Both the position numbers and the translations under genes were made by a program. The notes under the pieces were generated by a model that saw only the letters and a list, made by a program, of their open reading frames with translations, did not search any database and was not told where the DNA came from. From Nitrospirota bacterium (GTDB lineage: Bacteria; Nitrospirota; UBA9217): a stretch of DNA of 64,000 bases. Numbering within the stretch: position 1 is the stretch's first letter; each line of letters begins with the position of its first letter. Positions 46,367-55,900 of the stretch are shown in pieces. The stretch is taken from contig CAWBNQ010000001.1 in NCBI GenBank assembly GCA_963790205.1, positions 224,001 through 288,000 of the forward strand. Reading direction: 5' to 3'.

Positions 46367-49300
46367 AAGAATACCTCCAGGATGACTTTTTCACGGCAAA
46401 GTACTTTTCTCGAGATGTGCGCGGGCCATATGCATATTGAATCAGGGCCAGCAACAGCATTTCTACGAGCGTTGCAATTATAGCGACAAGGAGAATCCCA
46501 ACAATGGCTGCCCCAAATCCAGTTGCTGCAAACATTATGGCAGAAATATATGCCGCGGATATCACACTCATGGATAGATCAAGAACAGCGGCAGATTCCG
46601 CCTTTACTGTATTGCCCGTATTGTTATACATGTCATCGTATGTCTTCCAAGCGGATATGCTCATTGTAATATAACCGGCTATAATTGAGAACTTCGAGGC
46701 TATTCCACTGCCTAGTTTAAAGAGGAACTTAATCATGGCATCGGTAAAATCGAAGGCAAAATTTTTCAATATGTCTCCAAAAAAATTACTCAATTGATCA
46801 CCGGTTGTCGCTGTTCCACTGCCATTCAACCCTCCGGAAATTACATATGCTCCAGCGCCCGTGTCCGGATCGGTTACAATATATCCGTCACCATGCCAGT
46901 CATAATACTGTATCGACTGCCCAGGGATTGTTACGCGCTTTCCAGCAGCAATCGCGTTTTGAATATCCGACATAGTTTCCGCGGATATCCGAAGTAACGG
47001 CAATATCGTGGCGCTGTTAGTTGAGTCTATCGTATAAATCGGGATGCCTTGCTGATTGGCGATGCTAAGAATTTTTACTGCCGACACAGCCTGTCCATCT
47101 TGATGAAGCTCCTCAATTATTGTGTGTTCATACGCTGACCCGATTGTTCCGGATACGGTCATAAAGCCTTTTTCATCAGACGCATTACCTCTTAAAGAGA
47201 CCGCATTTATTGGATAGCGTTTTACATCGAGATTCGTTCCGAGAGAACTGATGCTATACGGGACGCCGTAGATATACGAGATAGTCGGTGCTAATGTCGC
47301 AAGCATCTCAGCTGGTTGTTTTGAGTATGCGACCTTCCCTGTCGCAATCATTCGGTTTGTCGTCTCTGTCTGAGTAAAATATCCAAGGTTATGCAGATTG
47401 AGAGTCTCCCCGATAATATCATCCACAGCAACGTCTTGTTGCCCTAGTAGACTCCCAGCTGCGCTGAGTTGCGCACTCCTTTGATCAAGAAGACTTTTTG
47501 ATACTTTTTGTAAGTCGAGCCCGATTGAGGCATATGTTGATGCCGATATCTTATGAGTAATGATATCTGTCGAGCCGTTAGGCACAATAAACGTCACGGA
47601 CAACTCCTGCGTCATTCCCATGCCCGTGCTGCCGCCCGTACTTACCGTTGCACCGTCGATATTGAGAACCGGTTTGAGGTTCACGAGATATGGCGGGGTG
47701 TTGTAATAGCCATAGTTCTGTAAAGTGGTCGCATCGGCCTGAGTAGCCGGCATATATGCTATGGTTATGCGCTTACCCGCAAGGTATGCTGTTGAATATG
47801 TAACATCCATTGACTGCGTCATTGACTGCGGATCGTATATTGATATCCCGACTTTATACTGAAGAGAGTCGGGCACTTCGGCATACTTCGAACCTGCGAG
47901 AACGGTTTTGTAGGGAAGACTGGCCGGAAGGATCTCAAGTTGTTGAGTGATGATATTTTTGCTCCCAATAACGTCTCCAACAGTGGGATTTTGTAAATTG
48001 TTTATATATGATTCAAGAGAGGTTTTGACTTGATCAAGTTGCGTTTGAATAAGAGTCGTATCTATCCCTGTTATCGATCCAGTGGATGTATTGGTGACTC
48101 CGCTGTTTATCAATGAGTTAGCAAACGAGGAAGGATCAAAGCCTGTAATTTGTTTTACGTCAAGGCCTGATTTGTAAGTATATTGCTTAAAACTTGCATC
48201 GAGCGGAATCCAGGTATTTCCCTGCCGTTGCACCGCTCCCCGCGAAGGGATGTAATCTATCCAAGCTTCAACCCATACATGTTCCATCTGTGCCGCGTAG
48301 ATTGTTCCGCCTGATCTTACGCCGGTGACCGGAATCCCGCTATTGGCGATATATTTTAATGCTGCACTCTGGTCTGTGAAGCCGCCCACCCAATTCATAA
48401 CCTTATCGATAGGGACTTCAATAGTTCCGTAAACATAATGGGCATAAATGTTCGAGGCCCTAAGAAGGGCAATCAGCAAAGATGCGGTGTCAAAATCATT
48501 GCACTGTTTGGACTGAAAACACGCTTCTGCGCCCTGGATGCTACCGTAAGTGGGTGCATATTCGATGTTATTCCGAACCCAATTATAGATACTTACCGGA
48601 TTGTAGTTAAGTTGTGCAGCAAGCGCCTGGATGTCTTGAGTGAACTGAATTTCGGGGGTTTCAGATAGATCGTCGGCTGTTGGCTGGACCACGGTCGTGG
48701 CCGATGCCAAATTCAACGTACCGGATTCAAGATTCAAAACAGACTGCGGACGAAAATCGTTTACCGCGGGGGGAACAGAGGTCTCGGAGATGGGCAATGC
48801 GGGCATTTCAGGTTTAGAATCAGATGATAAAAGACCGGTCAATGGCCCGTTGGATGCGACGAGGATGGGCTTGTGCTCAATTGCTGCTCCCGACTTAAAG
48901 ACTATGGAACCTACCGGTCCTGAAATCTGTGTGGCCAAGAGATTAGTCATTAAACGGCTATCGGCGACTTTCTTTTTGCCTTGAGTCTTCTGCTTCAGAA
49001 AATCGCGCTGGAACTCCTCGGAAGTTGTCCTCGGCGCTCTTGCCTTGGCTTTCACCCTTCTGTTCGGTAAGTTGTTCGGATCGAGAGGGACGTGCTTTTT
49101 GGCAGGCTTTACCTTTTCAAGATGCAGCCGCGTTGTTTCGATCCTGGCCTTTAGGTCTGACGCGGTTTTTGCTTTGTCGATGTCATCGATCTCGGATTTG
49201 AGCTGAGTGAGGTTCTTCTCGTAATTCTTGACGAACGCCATATGCCTGTCGAGGATGACCTGCGGGAGCTTGGCGTCTTTGAGCTTCTTCTCCGTGGCGC

Positions 49301-49640
49301 TGAACTCGGCCCTGAGGTCTATATCGATCTTTTCAATCTCCGCTTTCTTCGCCTTTATTCCTGCAACCTCTGCGGCTACATCCTCGCCTCTCCCTGCTTT
49401 CTCTCCGGCCTTCGTGACACCCGCGCGAATCCCTTCCAGCGCCTTCTCGAACCGCTCCGACGCCGTTTGTATGGGCGTATTGCGATACGCCCCTGCGTGC
49501 CCCTTGTCGCTTGTTCCTTGGCCCTGCGGCGTTGCCGCAAAGGCAACGGCCTGCCATACCGGGCCGAACGTCCAGATAAAGAAAAACAGCACGACTGCCG
49601 AGATAAGTCTTAAAACCCGGTAGAAGGTCTTCACGCGCAT
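46356..49640 (-). CDS. Large exported transglutaminase-like domain protein with hydrophobic C-terminal tail
   Basis: Signal/TM N-terminus; IYNWVRNNIEY, NDFDTASLLIALLRASNI, EHVWVEAW, WIPLDAS (transglutaminase-like core); DPDTGAGAYVISGGLNG then about 150 aa hydrophobic tail. Confidence 0.85.
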   Translation of the reverse strand: MRVKTFYRVLRLISAVVLFFFIWTFGPVWQAVAFAATPQGQGTSDKGHAGAYRNTPIQTASERFEKALEGIRAGVTKAGEKAGRGEDVAAEVAGIKAKKAEIEKIDIDLRAEFSATEKKLKDAKLPQVILDRHMAFVKNYEKNLTQLKSEIDDIDKAKTASDLKARIETTRLHLEKVKPAKKHVPLDPNNLPNRRVKAKARAPRTTSEEFQRDFLKQKTQGKKKVADSRLMTNLLATQISGPVGSIVFKSGAAIEHKPILVASNGPLTGLLSSDSKPEMPALPISETSVPPAVNDFRPQSVLNLESGTLNLASATTVVQPTADDLSETPEIQFTQDIQALAAQLNYNPVSIYNWVRNNIEYAPTYGSIQGAEACFQSKQCNDFDTASLLIALLRASNIYAHYVYGTIEVPIDKVMNWVGGFTDQSAALKYIANSGIPVTGVRSGGTIYAAQMEHVWVEAWIDYIPSRGAVQRQGNTWIPLDASFKQYTYKSGLDVKQITGFDPSSFANSLINSGVTNTSTGSITGIDTTLIQTQLDQVKTSLESYINNLQNPTVGDVIGSKNIITQQLEILPASLPYKTVLAGSKYAEVPDSLQYKVGISIYDPQSMTQSMDVTYSTAYLAGKRITIAYMPATQADATTLQNYGYYNTPPYLVNLKPVLNIDGATVSTGGSTGMGMTQELSVTFIVPNGSTDIITHKISASTYASIGLDLQKVSKSLLDQRSAQLSAAGSLLGQQDVAVDDIIGETLNLHNLGYFTQTETTNRMIATGKVAYSKQPAEMLATLAPTISYIYGVPYSISSLGTNLDVKRYPINAVSLRGNASDEKGFMTVSGTIGSAYEHTIIEELHQDGQAVSAVKILSIANQQGIPIYTIDSTNSATILPLLRISAETMSDIQNAIAAGKRVTIPGQSIQYYDWHGDGYIVTDPDTGAGAYVISGGLNGSGTATTGDQLSNFFGDILKNFAFDFTDAMIKFLFKLGSGIASKFSIIAGYITMSISAWKTYDDMYNNTGNTVKAESAAVLDLSMSVISAAYISAIMFAATGFGAAIVGILLVAIIATLVEMLLLALIQYAYGPRTSREKYFAVKKSSWRYSYAA

Positions 49641-49808
49641 GGTTGCTCTCCTTGTGCCTATTCAGTTTTAAAACGAATTCTGAAACTCAGGTGCCGCGTT
49701 AAAGCAAATGCGGGAAGTGCTGGTACTGTTCTAACCGTGAATCGTCGAACCAGTAAATATAAGGAAGGCGCTGTTTTCGGATTGAGATTGTACTTTTGAA
49801 ACAACCGG

Positions 49809-49825
49809 TGCTTTTTTTCTGCCAA
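49809..49825 (-). promoter_or_regulatory. Possible sigma-54 promoter for the transglutaminase locus
   Basis: TTGGCAGAAAAAAAGCA has GG-N10-GC spacing, about 170 bp upstream of the ATG; the -12 box is imperfect. Confidence 0.35.
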
Positions 49826-49869
49826 CTGTAATACTTTAGAACCTGAATGTCAATCGGGGAAACCCTGAA

Positions 49870-51264
49870 TGTCCTCCCAAAGTGATAATGTCCTATTCTA
49901 AGCTACAATGCCCAACCGTACCGGGAGGGCAAGATGGCGGAAGAGGACAAGATCATAATGAGTCAAAAGGAAGTGAACCGGCTTCACGTTATTCGGCAGG
50001 CGATAGAAAAAGCGATAACTCAGGATCAGGCAGCAAAAATACTCGGATTAACGGATCGGCAGGTAAGAAGAATTGCCAGAAGCGTCCGATTGGAGGGAGA
50101 GGCCGGCATTTGCCACAAGTCCCGAGGGAAGAGGTCGCATAATCGGATTGGCGACAAGATAAAGGACAAGGCCGTCACGCTCTGCCGGGACACATACAAG
50201 AAATTCGGTCCCACCCATGCCAGCGAGAAGCTTGTAACGTTTCACAAGATCAAGGTCAGCGACGAGACGCTCCGGGGATGGTTTCAAGAGGAGCATATCC
50301 CCTACAAGAGTCGCAAGAAGAGACCACACCGTCAGTGGCGCGAACGAAAGGCCCACCGGGGTGAGATGATCCAGATGGACGGGTCCCATCACGACTGGTT
50401 CGAGGGCCGCGGCCCCTGGTGTGTTCTCATGGGTTACGTGGATGATGCCACCGGCACCGTGCATGCCCGTTTTTATGAGTATGAGGGAACACTGCCGGCC
50501 ATGGATGGTTTCAAGCGTTATATCAGGCTCTACGGGCTGCCCCAGAGCGTCTATCTGGACAGGCACTCAACGTACAAGGCCACGGCAAAGCAGAGCATCG
50601 AAGAGGAGCTAAACGACATTCGACCGATGAGCCATTTCGAGAAGAGCCTGGCAGAGCTTGGCGTCGAGGTCATCCATGCTTATTCCCCCCAGGCCAAAGG
50701 ACGCATCGAGCGGCTGTTCGGAACCTTTCAGGATCGGGTCGTCAACGAGATGCGGCTGGCCGGGGTGACGAATAGAGGGGAAGGCAACACGTTCCTGGAT
50801 GGCTATCTCCCCGAGTTCAACAGGAAGTACGCCAAGGAAGCGGCACAGAAAGCTGACTTTCATCGACCCGTCGCGAATAAGAGGGCGCTTGACACGATTC
50901 TCTCGATCAAGACCGACCGAGCATTACGGAACGACTTTACGATCGCCCACAACAAGAAGCTTTACCAGATCAAGAGCAATATCCGAGCTAAGAAGGTGAC
51001 GGTGGAAGAGAGAACCGACGGAACCATGCGCATAATCCATAACGGCCAGAGTCTGAAGTATCAAGAAATCATCGCACGACCCATACAGGGAAAGAAGTCG
51101 GCCGAGAAACCAAAACCCCTAAGATCATGGAAGCCGTCTGCATCACATCCTTGGAAGTCCCCAGCAAGGGCAATGGTCAAAGCAAGAACAGAGATTCAGG
51201 CAACATCATAAAACCGGACATTTTTGCTTTGGTAAGAATAGGACATTTTAACTTTGGGTTGACA
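49870..51264 (+). mobile_element. IS1202-family (ISNCY/IS481-related) insertion sequence with 16-bp flanking direct repeats
   Basis: 30-bp terminal IRs at 49870-49899 and 51235-51264 (26/30 match, TGTC...GACA); TCGGGGAAACCCTGAA at 49854-49869 and 51265-51280. Confidence 0.92.
49934..51211 (+). CDS. DDE transposase (IS1202/ISNCY type)
   Basis: N-terminal HTH, GEMIQMDGSHHDWFE, VDDATG, YLDRHS, SPQAKGRIERLFGTFQDR. Confidence 0.95.
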   Translation: MAEEDKIIMSQKEVNRLHVIRQAIEKAITQDQAAKILGLTDRQVRRIARSVRLEGEAGICHKSRGKRSHNRIGDKIKDKAVTLCRDTYKKFGPTHASEKLVTFHKIKVSDETLRGWFQEEHIPYKSRKKRPHRQWRERKAHRGEMIQMDGSHHDWFEGRGPWCVLMGYVDDATGTVHARFYEYEGTLPAMDGFKRYIRLYGLPQSVYLDRHSTYKATAKQSIEEELNDIRPMSHFEKSLAELGVEVIHAYSPQAKGRIERLFGTFQDRVVNEMRLAGVTNRGEGNTFLDGYLPEFNRKYAKEAAQKADFHRPVANKRALDTILSIKTDRALRNDFTIAHNKKLYQIKSNIRAKKVTVEERTDGTMRIIHNGQSLKYQEIIARPIQGKKSAEKPKPLRSWKPSASHPWKSPARAMVKARTEIQATS

Positions 51265-51580
51265 TCGGGGAAACCCTGAAATTCAGCTTCGAAAAACCTT
51301 AGACTTTTTTGGAGGAATCCCAAAAACCCAAAATAAGCTGTTTCGGTTCCGCGGCTCTTGCCGTGACTGAGGTCCGCGCAGTGATGGTTTTGGATGTTTC
51401 GTGCTCTTTTCCGAAATCGGTGAAGGGCCAGCCTTATTCCTCATCCCCGAATGGGGCAAAACTGGAAGCACGAGATGAAGATTTTTGACTTATTCGATTA
51501 AGAATACGACACGAAGTATACAAGTTCGGAAGGATGAAACTCTAACGGACTTCAGGAAGAACTTCTTGCTCTTCAAAAAA

Positions 51581-52363
51581 TTATTCGACTACGGTTTTGT
51601 GTGCCGTAAAAAAGAGCCTCTTAAAGGGATAGAGAATCCGCCCATCACCTTGAGGGAGGTACTGTTCTTTACATTCAGTCAAAACTGCCTGCTCGAATTC
51701 CTCTCTATTCTCATCAGCCGGCAAGCTTTCGAGAAACGGTTTCATCGCGGTGCTCTTATACCACGCAACGAGGTCCCGGTGGGATTTCAAAATATGATAG
51801 TAGGTCGTTTCCCACAGGACAATGTCCTGCGTTAACGAAGCGAGCTCATTATAATAATATCCGGCAGGATGATACGTTATCAGCCCGTCACAGCCTGCTG
51901 TGAAGGCGCTCCATTTGCTGCGTCGGGCAACGTTCACTATGATCTTGTACAAAGGTGATTCATGATTAGCAGGCACCTGGACCGCCAATATTCCGTCTTC
52001 CCTTACAATTTGGAACAAGCGCGGGATCAACCGGTGGTGGTCCGGGATCCAATGTATCGCCGCGTTGGAAAAAACAATGTCATACTGGCGATCCGTCGTT
52101 AACGTTGAGGCATCTCCGAGCATCCATGTCCGGCCCGGATGATCCAGGCGGGCCCGTTCTATCATCTTTTCGGATTTATCGAGGCCGACGATATCGGCAT
52201 GGGGCCATCTGGTGCGCAAAATTTGCGTGCTGTTTCCCGGGCCGCAGCCTATATCGATGATGGTTCTGGGGTCCTCCAGGGGAATCCGCGCAACGAGGTC
52301 GATGGAGGGCCGAGTTCTTTCATGCTCGAACTGCAGATATTGTTGAGGGTCCCATTCGCGCAC
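51581..52363 (-). CDS. tam: trans-aconitate 2-methyltransferase-like SAM methyltransferase
   Basis: WDPQQYLQFEHERTRPSIDL, DIGCGPGNST, FSNAAIHW, YPFKRLF; start uncertain (GTG with RBS chosen). Confidence 0.85.
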   Translation of the reverse strand: MREWDPQQYLQFEHERTRPSIDLVARIPLEDPRTIIDIGCGPGNSTQILRTRWPHADIVGLDKSEKMIERARLDHPGRTWMLGDASTLTTDRQYDIVFSNAAIHWIPDHHRLIPRLFQIVREDGILAVQVPANHESPLYKIIVNVARRSKWSAFTAGCDGLITYHPAGYYYNELASLTQDIVLWETTYYHILKSHRDLVAWYKSTAMKPFLESLPADENREEFEQAVLTECKEQYLPQGDGRILYPFKRLFFTAHKTVVE

Positions 52364-52550
52364 TTCGATCTCCCCATCATTCGTCCTGACATTCATGACA
52401 CCAGAAAACACAGCTACTATATTAGTATAGCGCGGACGTTGGCCGCAGCCAAAGAGGAAAGCCTTTGGCACTGATAAAAGCCGATAAAAAATATGATCAG
52501 AGCGAATCAGTCAATGTCGTACTCGCATTTTTTCATACCAAAATCAGCTT

Positions 52551-52725
52551 TGATGATCTCGTAAAAAGTCTAAATTTATTGCAGAGGCTTGCCCTGCACT
52601 CGCGCTGAACACTCGTTAACGCTGGGCACAGGCGGAGACACGGAAAAATGCACTTTGAAATAGTAAGGATTTTTTCTGTGCCCTCTGCGTTCCCCGCGGG
52701 AAAAAGGTTTCTTACGATTTTGTCA
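52551..52725. repeat. MITE-like palindromic intergenic element
   Basis: Ends TGATGATCTCGTAAAAAGTC and GGTTTCTTACGATTTTGTCA are imperfect IRs; internal IR GGGCACAG/CTGTGCCC; GCTT flanks both sides. Confidence 0.5.
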
Positions 52726-52904
52726 GCTTTTATCCGTGCCTAAAAACCTTTTTATGTTTGAGAAGATTCTCGCGCCATGCCAAACTCTGCAAGATAATAC
52801 CATAAAAGGGAATGATGCACACAGTATTTCGTGGCAGCGAGATCGCCTTGAACACCGGTCAATATTGAATTAGTCCTCTTGCTGTGTTATAGTAATAATT
52901 CGTT

Positions 52905-55900
52905 ATGAAAAACCTGCGCGAAATCATCCAGCCTGTCATCAATGAAATCGAGGCAGGGCAGAAAACTATTGAAGTGAGCGAACTCTGGGGGGCCTCGAAG
53001 GCCCTTTTTTTATTCGGCCTGAGACAGGAGACCGGGCGGCCGGTCGTCGTCGTCACGGCATCCCAGGACGCGGCAGAGTTGCTCGTCGAAGACCTTACCT
53101 TCTTCATGCAGAAACTGCCCCATGAAGAGGCCGACACCGGCAAGCTGGACATCCGCCTCTTTCCCTCCTGGGGCCTGCTCCCCTTCGAGGCCGACTCTCC
53201 TGACTCCCGCACCGTGGGCGAGCGCATGCGCTTCCTCTACAGCCTGATCTCGGGAAATCCGGGCATTTACGTGGTCCCGGTCCAGACGGTGATGCAGAAG
53301 CTCCCTCCCTGGGACCTGTTCGCAGACTCGGTAAAGACCATCACCCGGGAAACGCCGATCGAGCCGGACGAGCTTGCTGCCGCGCTCGTCGCAACAGGCT
53401 ACGAATCAGCTTCCCTCGTGACCCGCGTGGGCGAGTTCAGCAGGCGGGGCGGGATCATCGATTTCTTCTCCCCGCTCCACGAACAGCCGGTTCGCATGGA
53501 GTTCTTCGGCGATGCGATCGAGTCTCTGCGCGTGTTCGATCCCGAGACCCAGCGCTCGACAGGGGAGATCAAGGAAGCAATCGTGCTGCCGGTGCGTGAG
53601 ATCATTATCAACCAGAAGGGGGCCCAGCAGCTCGAAAAAAGGCTTGATCTGAACAGAGAGGAAGAAGCATCAGCCGATAACGACGTTCTGAAGCAGATAA
53701 AACAAGGCGTCCTTCCCCCGGGCGGAGAGTTTCTTGCTCCTTTCCTCTATACCATGGAAACCCTGTTCACGTATCTGCCCGCCCAAAGCCTCATTGCGCT
53801 CATCGAGCCCGATGATCTCAACAAAGAGCAGGAAGAGCAGGCGCGAAAGATCAGCGACGGAAGAAGGGAAGAAACCGAGGAGGGCAGAACACTCCCCGAA
53901 GCTTCGGAATTCTACCTCGACCAAAAGGGCGTCGAGGCAAAACTCGCGAACTTCCCAATCCTGAACATCCGTCTGCTGGGGATTGGCGCCGGATTTCGCA
54001 TGGACACGAAGTCCGCTTCCTGGCTCGGGGTCCGGCTGACCAAGCCGATCGACCGCGGTCAGGACGAGGGAACAGCCGGGCCTGTTGACGGCACCATGGC
54101 CGGTCTCGTCGAGAAGCTCAGGCGGCAGCGCGATTTTAACAGCGTTGCGATCGTCTGCGGGACCGATGAAGCGGCTGGCAGGGTCAAAAAGCTCTTCATG
54201 GAATACGGACTCGGCGTGGCGTTCGGCACGCACCTTACGGCACAGCAAGCGGGACCGTGGCCGGTCATTGTCCTGATCGGCAGGCTTACGGAAGGGTTTT
54301 CCTGGCCCGAGCACGGCCTCACGTTCATCACCGAAGAGGAGATCTTCGGCAGGAAGGTCCACCGTCCGTCCACGGCGCGCGCCAAGGCAGCGCCTTTTCT
54401 TTCCACCTTTAAAGAGCTCAAGCCCGGCGACTTCGTGGTTCATACCGACTACGGCGTGGGCGAGTACCAGGGTTTGACGCACATCAGCATCGACGGGTTC
54501 GAGACCGACTTTCTCACGCTCCGCTACGAGCCGGACGCGAAATTGTATGTCCCGCTCTACAGCCTCGACAAGGTGCAGAAGTATATCGGCGTCGAAGGCG
54601 GGGCGCCCAAGCTCGACAAGCTCGGAGCGCCCGCCTGGGCCAGAACCAAGGAGAAAATAAAAAAGGACATCCTCGAGATGGCGCAGGAGCTCGTGGCCAT
54701 TTACGCCGCGCGCGAGGCCCAGAGCCGCTCGTCCTTCACGCCGCCGGACAACCTCTACCGGGAGTTCGAGGCCGCCTTCCCCTACGAGGAAACGCCGGAC
54801 CAGGAGAAGGCGATCGAGGACGTGCTTTCCGACATGCAGCGCCCGCGGCCCATGGACCGGGTCGTGTGCGGCGACGTGGGGTACGGAAAGACCGAAGTCG
54901 CGCTCCGGGCCGCGTTCAAGGCCGTGGAGGACGGGATGCAGGTCGCGGTGCTCGTGCCCACGACGCTTCTTGCCGACCAGCACTTTCGGACCTTTTCCGA
55001 ACGGGTCGCGCCGTTCTCCGTCCGCGTGGACATGCTCTCCCGCTTTCGCACCAGGGCAGAACAGCAGGAGACGGTCAAGGCCCTGAAAAGCGGCGTCGTG
55101 GACATCGTGATCGGCACCCACCGGCTGCTCCAGAAGGACATAGCCTTCAAGAACCTCGGCCTCCTGGTGGTGGACGAGGAGCACAAGTTCGGCGTCAAGC
55201 ACAAGGAGCGGATCAAGGAGTTCAAAAAGCTCGTTGATGTGCTGACGCTTACGGCCACGCCCATCCCGCGCACGCTCCACATGTCGCTTGCCGGCATCCG
55301 GGACCTCTCGATCATCCAGACGCCGCCCCTCGACCGCCAGGCGATCCAGGTGGTGCTCGCGCGCTTCGGAAAACGGGTGGTCCGCGAGGCGATCACCCGC
55401 GAGATCGAGCGCAACGGGCAGGTCTTCTTCGTGCATAACCGAGTACAGGGCATCGAGCGCATGGCCGACTTCATCCGGAACCTGGTGCCCGAGGCCAGGG
55501 TCGGCATCGCCCACGGCCAGCTCAAGGAACACGAGATCGAGGACGTGATGACGAAGTTCCTCTCCGGAAAGCTGAACGTGCTCGTGACCACGACTATTAT
55601 CGAGTCCGGGATCGACATCCCGACCGCGAACACGATCATCATCAACCGCGCCGACCGCTTCGGCCTGGCTGACCTCTATCAGATCAAAGGACGCGTGGGC
55701 CGGAGCCGCGAAAAGGCCTATGCCTATCTGCTCGCGCCCGAGGAAGAGGCGCTCTCCGACATTGCGAGAAAAAGGCTTCGCGCGATCCAGGAATTATCCG
55801 AACTCGGGGCGGGCTTCCGCATCGCGGCCCAGGACCTGGAAACGCGGGGCGCGGGAAACCTGCTCGGCAAACAGCAGTCGGGCCATATCGCTGCGGTGGG

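Noticed and set aside
51283..51580. Possible riboswitch or ncRNA in intergenic DNA (also 9140-9415 and 17760-18020)
   Set aside because: Some hairpins, but no recognisable c-di-GMP, cobalamin or other aptamer consensus; needs an Rfam scan.
53670..55532. Long antisense ORFs (620 aa here; also 11056-12189, 16789-17856, 30407-31666, 59491-60486, 62438-63709)
   Set aside because: Shadow frames opposite well-supported GC-rich genes.
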